Shown one piece after another: positions 10,101 through 18,773 of a stretch of DNA of 64,000 nt. The DNA is taken from the IMG/VR virus record IMGVR_UViG_3300027917_000018, positions 96,001 to 160,000 of that record; one strand, written 5' to 3'. The notes under the pieces were generated by a model that did not search any database, was not told the DNA's origin, and saw only the letters and a list, made by a program, of their open reading frames with translations. The stretch is from a virus (Duplodnaviria > Caudoviricetes). Made by a program: the position numbers and the translations under genes. Within the stretch, counting starts at the first letter, position 1. Every line of letters starts with the position of its first letter.

Positions 10101-10452
10101 GGCTCTCGATGGACGACGGCAACGGCGGCAAGGGCACGGCCAGGATGTCGGGGTGCTTGGGCGCGGTCATGATCTTGCGGGCGGCGCAGAAGCGCTTGCT
10201 GTAGGCCAACAGAGCGTCGCGTTCCCTTTCCGGCACGCTGTTCAATTCGTCCTCGGTAGCCCGTCGCACTTCCAGGTCCTCGCCAAAGCGCATGATGCAC
10301 CCGCACATGGCGCACACTGACCAGTCTCCAGGCTCAGGCATGCGGCCCGTAGGACTGGAGGCAGCGTCCATCTTCTCGTGGCAGTCCGGGCAATACCCCG
10401 CCTCGGGCACCCGCCGCCGTTTCAAGCCTGCTGGAATGATGATTCGTGACAT
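10081..10452 (-). CDS. Zn-ribbon protein
   Basis: CPDC ... CAMC. Confidence 0.55.
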   Translation of the reverse strand: MSRIIIPAGLKRRRVPEAGYCPDCHEKMDAASSPTGRMPEPGDWSVCAMCGCIMRFGEDLEVRRATEDELNSVPERERDALLAYSKRFCAARKIMTAPKHPDILAVPLPPLPSSIESREPEES

Positions 10453-10455
10453 AAT

Positions 10456-10848
10456 TCAAGCGCCGTGGTTCTTGCACACGGCCATCAACGTCTGTAGAAC
10501 GTGGTTGTAATCCCCGCTCATGGCCTCGTCGGTCAGCTCCTTGATGCGGGCGTCCGGCCACCCAGCCTTTCGAGCGCCCCGGCGAACCTGTGCGATCAAG
10601 TTCATGGCATTGCCGTCAAGGCCGACGAGCCGCACAGGCACCTTGGGCAGGTCGGCGAATCGGGCTTCGAGGGAGCCTGCGGCATTCCATTGTTGGCTGT
10701 ACTTCTCCACAGCGGCACGAGCCTCATCCATGCTGATGTCACCGGGGACGCAGGCGTAGGTCGCCTGGGCGAATTCGGCGGGTGTGCCGTGCTTTTTGGC
10801 CAGCTTCCTTTGAGCGGGCGTCAGGGTGTCAGTGAGCTTGGGTGGCAT
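10456..10848 (-). CDS. hypothetical protein
   Basis: C-terminal LVGLDGNAMNLIAQVRR..SGDYNHVL motif of a type seen in phage hypothetical proteins. Confidence 0.6.
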   Translation of the reverse strand: MPPKLTDTLTPAQRKLAKKHGTPAEFAQATYACVPGDISMDEARAAVEKYSQQWNAAGSLEARFADLPKVPVRLVGLDGNAMNLIAQVRRGARKAGWPDARIKELTDEAMSGDYNHVLQTLMAVCKNHGA

Positions 10849-10864
10849 GGATTAAAGAATTACA

Positions 10865-10893
10865 TTGACCAGTAAGTCATGCAAGCGTAATCT
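10865..10893 (+). promoter_or_regulatory. sigma70-like promoter in divergent intergenic region
   Basis: TTGACC-17 nt-TAATCT in an AT-rich gap between divergent gene runs. Confidence 0.45.
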
Positions 10894-11001
10894 GTTCGGG
10901 CATTTCTGCTAAATCGCACGCGCCGAGTTAAAAACGTTTGACGGGAAAGCGCTCACGGTTTACGCCAGCGATGCGTAGTCAGCCGGTTTATGCAACGAGC
11001 A

Positions 11002-11031
11002 AAATAACGGATCGCCAAATAACGGATCGCC
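11002..11031 (+). repeat. 15-bp tandem repeat x2 (AAATAACGGATCGCC)
   Basis: Two exact copies immediately before ATG 11033. Confidence 0.9.
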
Positions 11032-11032
11032 C

Positions 11033-11848
11033 ATGAAGGAACCAAGAAACGCTGCTGACCCCAAAGCGCTCCAGCGGTTTGTCGATAGGGTGCGCAGGCA
11101 AGCTCACCGCCAGTTCGGCGAGGACATCTTCGTTGATGTTTACGACAGCGCCGTGGCCCAGCGGCTTCAGCTGCTGGCAGTGCCCCACTACCATCTTTGC
11201 GAAACCAACGAGGAATTGCTGCGCGGAGCGGAGCTGGCGATTGCCAACTTGAGGCACGTCTGCGACTACACTGACGCGTGGCTGCGGCATATTGAGTTGG
11301 CGCACCGCGACGACCGCGAAATGCGCGAGCTGGAGGCGCTGGCCAAAAAGCTGTGGCCAGGATTCCCCGTTGCTTTTTCGACAAGCTACTCGGGTTTTGA
11401 CCGGCGCTCGGACGAGGTCATTCGGCGGCCCAAGCAGCTTGCAAGCTTGCGCACGGACAGTGATTCGCGTGCTGGGCTTCACAAAGAGCGCCTGGCCTAC
11501 CTTCATCTGGCGGCTAAGGAAATGGCCAAGCCTACGTGGCGGCGCGGCATCACGATCAAGGAAATCCTGGTCACGATGACGAGCTATTCCATGAGCGTGT
11601 ACGCCAGGACCAACATCACGCAGGAAGAGCTGCGGCGTGCGGCGGCGTACCGGGAAACGATGCGTGACGCCGACAAGGCGGTGGCTGAATGGGCAGCGGC
11701 GCACGGCCTTGAAAAAGAAGGTATTTCCCGTCGAGAGCTGACGCGAATGATTGAGTTCTTTGCTAAGCAGACGCTGAAGGCTTACGCCAAGAAGCGGCGA
11801 TCCGTAACACGGCGATCCGTAACACGGCGATCCGTAAAACGAGGATAG
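11033..11848 (+). CDS. hypothetical helical protein
   Basis: 271-aa ORF ending in RRSVT x3; no catalytic motif recognised. Confidence 0.65.
   Translation: MKEPRNAADPKALQRFVDRVRRQAHRQFGEDIFVDVYDSAVAQRLQLLAVPHYHLCETNEELLRGAELAIANLRHVCDYTDAWLRHIELAHRDDREMRELEALAKKLWPGFPVAFSTSYSGFDRRSDEVIRRPKQLASLRTDSDSRAGLHKERLAYLHLAAKEMAKPTWRRGITIKEILVTMTSYSMSVYARTNITQEELRRAAAYRETMRDADKAVAEWAAAHGLEKEGISRRELTRMIEFFAKQTLKAYAKKRRSVTRRSVTRRSVKRG
11795..11839 (+). repeat. 15-bp tandem repeat x3 (CGGCGATCCGTAACA)
   Basis: Three copies, the last with 1 mismatch; inverted relative to the 11002 array. Confidence 0.9.
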
Positions 11849-11851
11849 GAT

Positions 11852-12130
11852 ATGAGCGCAGAAAGTGAGCAGCTGAAGGCTTTGGCCAAGGCGGTAGAGG
11901 GTTTGGCCAAAGAAGCAGGCTCAATCGGCATGCTCAGCATGTCGCTTGACGATCTGAAGGATAAAGTTTCCGCCAACCAGGAGTACACTATCGCGCATCT
12001 GCTTGGTGAGATTTCTCTTTCAGGTTACAGGATAGCTGACGGCCTTGTGCTGGTCGCTCACGCAATCAATCCTGATCTGATCACCAAGGAAGACGTGGAG
12101 GGTTTGATGGCTAGGCATCCACGAGCATAG
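11852..12130 (+). CDS. hypothetical protein
   Basis: ORF with an AGGA-like RBS. Confidence 0.55.
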   Translation: MSAESEQLKALAKAVEGLAKEAGSIGMLSMSLDDLKDKVSANQEYTIAHLLGEISLSGYRIADGLVLVAHAINPDLITKEDVEGLMARHPRA

Positions 12131-12231
12131 AATGAGCAAAGCAACGATTTGGGGAGCCGCCCAACGGGTGACGACTGGAGGCGCTGAGTGGCGTCTTCGG
12201 GCTCCCCTTAACATCCGATCCGTAATACCAC

Positions 12232-12696
12232 ATGGAATCCAAACTCAAGCTCGGACAGACGGTCACGGACAAAATCACCGGCCTGACCGGCGTCATTACC
12301 TGCATCGCCGAATTCATGCACTCGCCGCCCCGCGTCTGCGTGACGCCGCGCAAGAAGCCCAAGGACGCGGAGAAAGAGAGCGACCACTGGCTGGACGAGG
12401 CCAGGCTCAAACCAGGCAAGATCGCGCTGAAGGTGGAACGGAAGCCCGCCACGGTTCCTTTTGGCCAGAAGGTCAAGGACCCGATCAGCGGTTTCAGCGG
12501 CGTGGCCACCGCCCGGTTCTTCCACATCAACGGGTGTATCCAAATCGAGGTCACCCCGGACAAGCTCAAGGCGGACGGCAGCATCATCAAACCGTGGGCC
12601 TTTGACGAGCAGCGCCTGGAATGGAAAGGCAAAACCGAGAGTAAGGCAGGTCCGGGCGGCCCGTCGATCGAATGCCCAGGTTTACCGACATGCTAG
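12232..12696 (+). CDS. protein with two tandem SH3/KOW-like modules
   Basis: LGQTVTDKITGLTG..WLDEARL and FGQKVKDPISGFSG..AFDEQRL. Confidence 0.65.
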   Translation: MESKLKLGQTVTDKITGLTGVITCIAEFMHSPPRVCVTPRKKPKDAEKESDHWLDEARLKPGKIALKVERKPATVPFGQKVKDPISGFSGVATARFFHINGCIQIEVTPDKLKADGSIIKPWAFDEQRLEWKGKTESKAGPGGPSIECPGLPTC

Positions 12697-12953
12697 CAAA
12701 ACTTGCCAGACTGACAGTTTGTGACTGTGGTTTTCCGACGCTCGATGAGCGCATTCCGCTGGGCACGGAGTACGAGATTGATCCCGACAAGCGAAAGCAG
12801 GCCACGATGTTTTGTGGAGGTTGCGGCAAGCCAATAGAACTTGTGGTGGTGTACGCCGCCCCGCGCCTGTTTGGGCAAACGGGCGGTTTTTTGCCGGAAT
12901 GTTTGTTCGACAATTTGCCCCGGCGGGCGTCGGCGGAGGCACAGCCGGACTGA
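12690..12953 (+). CDS. Zn-ribbon protein
   Basis: CDCG ... CGGC. Confidence 0.55.
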   Translation: MLAKLARLTVCDCGFPTLDERIPLGTEYEIDPDKRKQATMFCGGCGKPIELVVVYAAPRLFGQTGGFLPECLFDNLPRRASAEAQPD

Positions 12954-13007
12954 AAATCCGTCGAGTGAGACCGTCCGGTCGCCGGGGCACCTATTACAGG
13001 AGTAGCT

Positions 13008-13295
13008 ATGACGAAGGAACAAGCGGAAAGACTGATCGTAGTGCTTGAGACCTTGGTAAACGGAGGATTGTCTGACGCGGCTGCCGCAGCCTGCGCGGGC
13101 GCTGTCAGCGACAATGTTGAGTCAATAGCCACGAGTTTAGCTGACGTGGCCAACTCAATTTCTGACGGCAGGTTGCCCTCTCTTAGGCCAGCTAGTCCAG
13201 AGCCGTCGTTGTCAGAAGCGGTAAAAGGAGCTGGGCAGAATATCCGCAAAGGTCTGGAAACCTTAGCCGACGCCATTCTGGCAGGCAAGTCCTGA
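13008..13295 (+). CDS. hypothetical protein
   Basis: AGGAG RBS upstream. Confidence 0.55.
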   Translation: MTKEQAERLIVVLETLVNGGLSDAAAAACAGAVSDNVESIATSLADVANSISDGRLPSLRPASPEPSLSEAVKGAGQNIRKGLETLADAILAGKS

Positions 13296-13387
13296 TGATT
13301 TGCGCTGGGTGGCCCCAGTGCGGCGGCGGGCGCGCCTCTGTGAGGCTTAAACGGGTTGTAGCCCGCCGCCTTTCCGTTCTATTGGGT

Positions 13388-13711
13388 ATGAGCGCACAAT
13401 CGTTTACATCCAATCATTGGACCACCCCGGACGGCGTGCCAGCTGGTGGCTGCTCCTTCGGCACGGGCTTCTGCATCTCCTGGCAAAACGGGCCGCTCGG
13501 TCGCGGCGAGGATCGCTTGCCGCACAACGGGGCGTTTGTCGAAACTTTGCTGGAGGTCGTGGCCGACCGGCTGGTGTACTACCAGAACAGCCGGTTCGCG
13601 TGCGACGAGAACACCGACGCCCTTGAGCACATCGGCAAGGCGCTGGAAACACTGCGTTCCAGGACGGCCAAGCGGGAGGCCCGCCAGGTGGAGGGTACTG
13701 CGGAGGTTTAA
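13388..13711 (+). CDS. tad1: Tad1-like anti-defence nucleotide-sponge protein
   Basis: WQNGP..NG..E.LL.VV.DRL..YQ..FAC.EN..AL.HI..AL..L.SRT..RE.R.VEGT matches the Tad1 pattern as I recall it (FQKG..HG...DLLEIVRDRL..FQ.GPF..REN..AL.H.EEAL..R..R.V.GT). Confidence 0.72.
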   Translation: MSAQSFTSNHWTTPDGVPAGGCSFGTGFCISWQNGPLGRGEDRLPHNGAFVETLLEVVADRLVYYQNSRFACDENTDALEHIGKALETLRSRTAKREARQVEGTAEV

Positions 13712-13713
13712 CA

Positions 13714-14202
13714 ATGCCACGCGATACCAGTGCGGAGGCGTACGCAGCTATCAGGGAGTCCGGCTACTTGGGGCAAACACTGTGGGCTGTTTACGATTGC
13801 CTTTACAGGTTCGGTGGGCGCTACGGTGACGGCCAGGGGCTTTCTCAGACCGAATGCTACCACACCGCAATCGATAAGGGGCTTGTTGAGGCCGACAAAA
13901 AGGACTCATTAGGCCCGCGCTTTGCGCCGCTGGAGCGAATGGGCATCATACAGCGCGTGGCCAAACGTCAGTGCCACTATACCGAACGAACGGTTTGGTG
14001 CTACGATGCGACAAGCTTTGTGCCTACTTCCGAGCAAGTCGCGGAGGCGCTTCGACGCCCGAGGACATTTTGGGCCGTGTTGGGTAAAGGCGAGCGGGCT
14101 GGCGTTCTTTGGCTGGACAAGAAGGAGGCCAAGGAAGACTTGCGACAAACAAGCGCCGAGCTGCCCGGCAGCGAGATGTTTGAGGTTACGGAGAGGGTAT
14201 GA
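13714..14202 (+). CDS. winged-helix DNA-binding protein
   Basis: VYDCL..GLSQTE..GPRFAPLERMGIIQRV. Confidence 0.5.
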   Translation: MPRDTSAEAYAAIRESGYLGQTLWAVYDCLYRFGGRYGDGQGLSQTECYHTAIDKGLVEADKKDSLGPRFAPLERMGIIQRVAKRQCHYTERTVWCYDATSFVPTSEQVAEALRRPRTFWAVLGKGERAGVLWLDKKEAKEDLRQTSAELPGSEMFEVTERV

Positions 14203-14684
14203 GGTCGACGGGCACTCACATTCCCTTCACAGTGCTGGCGGCGACGCTTTGCCCAAGCTTGCCGATGGCGGAGCTGGGCATGGGCCATTACAGCACGCCC
14301 ATCTTCAATGCCTTGGCCCGCCTGGGCCGCCGGGTGCTGAGCTACGAGACGAACGAGACCTGGCTCAAGGTTTTCCAGCCCTTAGCCCACCCCAACCACC
14401 AGATGCTGCTGGTCAAGGACGGCTGGGAGAACGAGCGGCTGGAGCAAAAGTGGGGCTTCGTCCTGGTAGACATGGAGCCGCCCGAGGCCAGGGCTCCGGT
14501 GATTCGGCGCTTATCGGACTGGGCGCAAGTCCTCGTTCTCCACGACACCCAGGACCCGATCTACGGCTACGCGCCCATTTGGCCGCTGTTCAAGTACCGA
14601 GCGGACTATACGTTTTGGCCGACAACAACGGCAGTCGTGAGCAATGCCATTGACGTGCGGAAGTTCTTTCCGGGACCAGAATGA
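14199..14684 (+). CDS. class I SAM-methyltransferase-like protein
   Basis: ELGMGHYST (motif I variant), VLSYE, FVLVD, VLVLHD. Confidence 0.55.
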   Translation: MRSTGTHIPFTVLAATLCPSLPMAELGMGHYSTPIFNALARLGRRVLSYETNETWLKVFQPLAHPNHQMLLVKDGWENERLEQKWGFVLVDMEPPEARAPVIRRLSDWAQVLVLHDTQDPIYGYAPIWPLFKYRADYTFWPTTTAVVSNAIDVRKFFPGPE

Positions 14685-14736
14685 GAATTATGGAAATTTC
14701 ATTGACGGCTATCTTATGCCGTGAGAACGTGTAAGC

Positions 14737-15321
14737 ATGAAGCTTTCTCCAGAACTGGCTGACAGCCTGCCCAAAGCCGAGACCCCGGCCAGGCTGGTGG
14801 GCTCGCCTCGGCAAATCGGATGGGCTGAAACCATCCGGCAGCAGATGCTCGACAAGGTTTCCAGGGCCACCGCCGGGCTTGGCGAGGGATGGGCCGGGCA
14901 GGTCGAGGTCTACAGCGTCTTGCTTGCCGCCGACGACGCCTCTTGGTTCATCGCCAACAAGGACAAGGAATTTTGGGAAATGAACTGGGACTGGCTCGGG
15001 CTGACGCCGGAACAGCGGCAGGAGCGGAAGCAGGCGCACTATCGAGCGAGTGGCAGGCCCAGCGGGCGCACCAAAGGCATTCAGGAAGACACTGAAGATA
15101 CCCCGGCACCCCAGGCCAAAAGGCGCGAGCAGGCACAAGCTTACCTGGTTTCTTTCCGTCAGTCCATTAACGGCAAAGTCAAAATCGCAAATGCGCTGAC
15201 CACACGGAATCCGGTCGACTGGCTGACCGGCGTGCTGGAGCGCGGGGACGATGTGGCGCTTGTAAACGCGTGGGCCATCTCGCCGGAGCAGTACACCGCC
15301 CTTGCCCGGAAGCTTCCGTAA
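14737..15321 (+). CDS. hypothetical protein
   Basis: LVGSPRQIGWAETIR motif of a type common in phage hypotheticals. Confidence 0.55.
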   Translation: MKLSPELADSLPKAETPARLVGSPRQIGWAETIRQQMLDKVSRATAGLGEGWAGQVEVYSVLLAADDASWFIANKDKEFWEMNWDWLGLTPEQRQERKQAHYRASGRPSGRTKGIQEDTEDTPAPQAKRREQAQAYLVSFRQSINGKVKIANALTTRNPVDWLTGVLERGDDVALVNAWAISPEQYTALARKLP

Positions 15322-15326
15322 CGCGT

Positions 15327-15893
15327 ATGAGTATTTGGGACCGAGACTTTTCCATCAGGCTGACGAGCAGCCGGGTCATTGGCAAAACCCGCAAGCTCAA
15401 GACCCGCTGGAGGGTTGAGGAGGGGCAAGACCTTCAAGCTTTCCATTCTGCCGACGCCGAGGACGCGTTGGCCGTTGAACTGGGATACGAACCGCCACCC
15501 GGAGTAAGCACCATGAGACAAATCCACATCAACAAGACCGAACTGCTCGCGATCGTGCGGAAGAACCGCGCCGAGCACCGCGACATCTTCCTGAAGTCGC
15601 AGAAGAAGTACCGCCAGGTCGCCATCAAGGCCCTGGACGCCCAGCTCAAGGCGGCCCGTAACGGCAGACCGTTCCAGCTTGCCAGCCTGATCCAGCTCGA
15701 AGCGCCCGAGGACCACACCGAGGAATACGACCGAGCGATCAAGATGCTGGAGATGAGCACCGACGAGACCATCCTGATCACCAACGACGAATTCAAGTGC
15801 TACGTCGAGGACAAGTGGCACTGGAGCCGCGAGTGGGCGGTCAGCAACATGCGCTACACCAAATCCGCCAAGCTGTCCGCCTTGGCAAGATGA
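15327..15893 (+). CDS. T4 gp23 (major capsid)-like fragment fused to a helical hypothetical domain
   Basis: KTRKLKTRWRVEEGQDLQAFHSADAEDALAVEL resembles the conserved gp23 R.LK..(W/Y).+E.AQDL.A.HG.DA..EL segment; possible second start at 15513. Confidence 0.55.
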   Translation: MSIWDRDFSIRLTSSRVIGKTRKLKTRWRVEEGQDLQAFHSADAEDALAVELGYEPPPGVSTMRQIHINKTELLAIVRKNRAEHRDIFLKSQKKYRQVAIKALDAQLKAARNGRPFQLASLIQLEAPEDHTEEYDRAIKMLEMSTDETILITNDEFKCYVEDKWHWSREWAVSNMRYTKSAKLSALAR

Positions 15894-15894
15894 C

Positions 15895-16296
15895 GTGGAG
15901 GCCCCGTATCCAGCCCACATGCCGTACGCGCCGGAGCCGGTGGAGAGCGCCCGCAAGCGCATGCCCGCCGCGCTCCACGACGTTTACGATCCGCTAGAGG
16001 TTGAGGCTGGCAAGCAAACCAGGCCAGGGCTGCTGCGCAAGCATGTCTTTGACTTTGAGGACGGGATGCGCATGATCGTTTCCCGAGAGACAATGGACGG
16101 CAAGCTCTGGATTCATGCCAGCTTCAGTTGGTTTGCGCCACCGCCGGTTCTGGAGATTGCGGAATCAAGGATCGAGGAACGGCTGCGACAGGCGGTTGGC
16201 TACACCGGCTTCATGCAGTTGGTGATGCGGTTTGCCACGCCCAAGGGAATTCTGCATCTCCTCATGGACCCGGACCGGGTCGACTCGTCACCGTGA
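15895..16296 (+). CDS. hypothetical protein
   Basis: ORF in a coupled run. Confidence 0.55.
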   Translation: MEAPYPAHMPYAPEPVESARKRMPAALHDVYDPLEVEAGKQTRPGLLRKHVFDFEDGMRMIVSRETMDGKLWIHASFSWFAPPPVLEIAESRIEERLRQAVGYTGFMQLVMRFATPKGILHLLMDPDRVDSSP

Positions 16297-17189
16297 AAAA
16301 CAAGCCCGAAAAAACCCACGTTTGTCCGCACTGCGCGGAAAAGTTTGAATACCCAGCTTGGTTGAAAAGGCACATCAAGAGGCATCATGCGACCGCCCAA
16401 ACGGACCGCTTCCAAATCCTTGGCGCACTGGCGCAGAAAGGTCCCGAGTCGTCCGTGGAGGACATGCTTGGCCAGGCCCACGCGGCGCTGAACCGGCGGC
16501 TGGTAAATCTCGCCGAGGAGCGGGCAAGCCTTAACAAGCAAGCCGACCAGCTCAACGAGAAAGCCGACAGGGTTGTCCGCCGGATCAGGGAAGTTGAGGA
16601 GGAGATACGGCGGCTGGAGGCGGAGCGCCAAAAGGCTGAGGCGGCTCTCAACGCGATTCCCAGCCTCCCGGACTTGCCGCAGCCTCAGCTTCCGGCTCAA
16701 AGCCCGCTTGCCGCTGAGAGCGAAATGCAGGAGGTCCCAGTAGAAAGGCGACGGCGCAGGCTTAACGAAAAGCTGGGCAAGGTCGTGGTTCAACAGGGCG
16801 TAAGAGTCTCCGTGAACGACAATCCAAGGTTTTTGCGCTTTCGCCGCATGCTGGAGCTGATGTTTAGAGGCGACCCGGCCTGGAACAGGCAGATGATCAA
16901 CTCGGCTTACAAGGCGTACGTCATCACGAGCCTGAAGCTGTATCCGGCAAACGACCCTGTGCGCGTCAAGTGCGGCAAGGGCAGTAAACTCAGCAATACC
17001 AAGGTCGACATCGATTGGCTGGCTTCGCAGCTGGCCAACCGGTGCCCGAAGTACGGCCAGAAGCCTGATGAGGTTGCCAAAGCAATCGCCGATGCCGAGC
17101 GCGACGCAGCGGCGTTGAACAGGGCATGGCGTGACCGATGCCTCGAACAGCGCGACAAGCTCAGGGGTCACGCCGATGAAGACGCATGA
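16293..17189 (+). CDS. C2H2 zinc-finger plus coiled-coil protein
   Basis: CPHCAEKFEYPAWLKRHIKRHH; long heptad region; GTG start coupled to the upstream stop. Confidence 0.65.
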   Translation: MKNKPEKTHVCPHCAEKFEYPAWLKRHIKRHHATAQTDRFQILGALAQKGPESSVEDMLGQAHAALNRRLVNLAEERASLNKQADQLNEKADRVVRRIREVEEEIRRLEAERQKAEAALNAIPSLPDLPQPQLPAQSPLAAESEMQEVPVERRRRRLNEKLGKVVVQQGVRVSVNDNPRFLRFRRMLELMFRGDPAWNRQMINSAYKAYVITSLKLYPANDPVRVKCGKGSKLSNTKVDIDWLASQLANRCPKYGQKPDEVAKAIADAERDAAALNRAWRDRCLEQRDKLRGHADEDA

Positions 17190-17559
17190 GGAGAAGGTCC
17201 GCACCGCCGAGGCCAGCCTGATTAGGTTGAGCCGGACCCGCCGTATTGGCTTTGTGATCTTCGGTTTTGGCGTGCCCATGCAGTTTCTTCAGGTGGCGGC
17301 GTGGGCGCTCTCCTTGAGCCTGGGGTTCGACTGGCTGGAGGTCATTCCGCTGGTGATCAACACGGTCATCCTGTTTTGGTGGGCGCTTCTAGCACGCAAC
17401 AACTACCTGGAGTGGAAAGAGGTTGAGGCGATCCGTAAGCTTTGGGCGCAGTTGAAGCAGCCCCTGCCGCACGGCTACTTGCTCCATGTTCAGGACCAGA
17501 TCGAGGCGTTTTGCGAGCGCGTGGCCAAACGGCCATCTCTGTGGACGGGCCGTTGTTAG
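17176..17559 (+). CDS. membrane protein (about 2 TM)
   Basis: Two long hydrophobic segments. Confidence 0.55.
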   Translation: MKTHEEKVRTAEASLIRLSRTRRIGFVIFGFGVPMQFLQVAAWALSLSLGFDWLEVIPLVINTVILFWWALLARNNYLEWKEVEAIRKLWAQLKQPLPHGYLLHVQDQIEAFCERVAKRPSLWTGRC

Positions 17560-17562
17560 TTA
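17557..17562 (+). promoter_or_regulatory. TAGTTA motif (candidate late promoter)
   Basis: TAGTTA ends 4 nt before ATG 17567. Confidence 0.45.
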
Positions 17563-17566
17563 AAGC

Positions 17567-18001
17567 ATGGTAGCATCGAAGATCGATTCGACGTTTTGGA
17601 TCGGCACCAGCCAGGCTCCCGGCTATTTGGTCGATGGCGGCAAAATCAAGGGTGTCATGAACTGCGCGTTCGACCTGGACATCCAGGTGCCTGACGGCGT
17701 GCTCTACGCGAAGGTGCCCTTGGTCGATGGCCCCGGCAATGCGCTCCACGCGCTCATCGGCGCGGCCCTTTGCCTGCGGCAAATCGTGGAGCTGGGCAAA
17801 GTGCCGGTGCTGGTCCATTGTCACAGCGGGTCTTCTCGTAGCGTGGTGGTTTTAGCAACGTACCTGGCATGGCAAAAGAAATGGACAGTGCAAAAGGCCC
17901 TGGCCCTGATTCAGAGCCAGCGCGAGATTGCCGCCCCGAAGCCGGAGCTGGTGGAGCTGGCCAGCCGCAGTGTCGACCTGCTGAGCGTCCTGCTCTGGTA
18001 A
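17567..18001 (+). CDS. dual-specificity/tyrosine protein phosphatase
   Basis: VLVHCHSGSSRS = HCx2Gx2RS P-loop; upstream NCA and downstream IAAPKP features of DSPs. Confidence 0.85.
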   Translation: MVASKIDSTFWIGTSQAPGYLVDGGKIKGVMNCAFDLDIQVPDGVLYAKVPLVDGPGNALHALIGAALCLRQIVELGKVPVLVHCHSGSSRSVVVLATYLAWQKKWTVQKALALIQSQREIAAPKPELVELASRSVDLLSVLLW

Positions 18002-18311
18002 TCAAGGACCATGCCTGTCGAGCGCTTGCCGAGCCGCTGACTGTGTGGGTGCCGCTCCGGCTTCCTCAAGGTCCGATCGGAACAGCTCTTTCCGCGCAGT
18101 TGATCGGGCTTGCCGAACAAGGCATACCCATTTCCACTGGCGGGCGCATCGCGCATCCGCTGTTCCAGTGTGACTTCGACTTAGAGCATAGGCGCGTGCT
18201 CGTGCCGAAATTACGGATCGGCGAAATAGTTAACGTTTCTGTGCGGTGGGGCATTGGTCGTGACGGCGAGCCCGAGGTTCTCGGCATGGACCTTTGCCGT
18301 TCTTCAAAGTC

Positions 18312-18773
18312 ATGAGAGCCACCGTGAGCATCAGCACTGCCGCTGAGGCCATCGACGAAATCAAGAGCTACAAGCGCATTCGTCGTTCCAACGACCCAAG
18401 CAAGAAGTTCCGAGACTGGCACTTCTCACTTGGGCACGGACTGCCTTCGATGGACATTGATTTTGTCGAGTACCGCCCGAACAGGGAAGGCGAGCTTATC
18501 CCGGTGGCGATGTACGAGCTGACCTGCTCTGAAGTGGTGCCGATACCGCCGCGCTACCTCGACCAGGTTTGGACCCGGCTATTTCACGACAAGCCCCAGG
18601 CGCGGGTGATGCGCTACATTGCCAGGATCATCAATGTGCCCGCGTTGATCGTGCTTCACACCGAGGACTTGACCGACATTTGGGTCTACAACGTGCTGAA
18701 GATGGGCCGCTGGTACCACACGACCCTGGAAGATTTAGGTGAGTGGATTGACGGCCTGAGAGTACGCGAATGA
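18312..18773 (+). CDS. hypothetical protein, possible PD-(D/E)xK-like fold
   Basis: MDIDFVEY...AMYELT pattern; weak. Confidence 0.4.
   Translation: MRATVSISTAAEAIDEIKSYKRIRRSNDPSKKFRDWHFSLGHGLPSMDIDFVEYRPNREGELIPVAMYELTCSEVVPIPPRYLDQVWTRLFHDKPQARVMRYIARIINVPALIVLHTEDLTDIWVYNVLKMGRWYHTTLEDLGEWIDGLRVRE

Noticed and set aside
11002-11848. Calling this an IS element
   Set aside because: No transposase or recombinase motif in the ORF, and the downstream repeats lie inside the coding sequence; kept only as an unexplained repeat structure.
14702-14730. sigma70 promoter at TTGACG 14702 (likewise 28946)
   Set aside because: Good -35 but no TAnnnT at 16-18 nt spacing.
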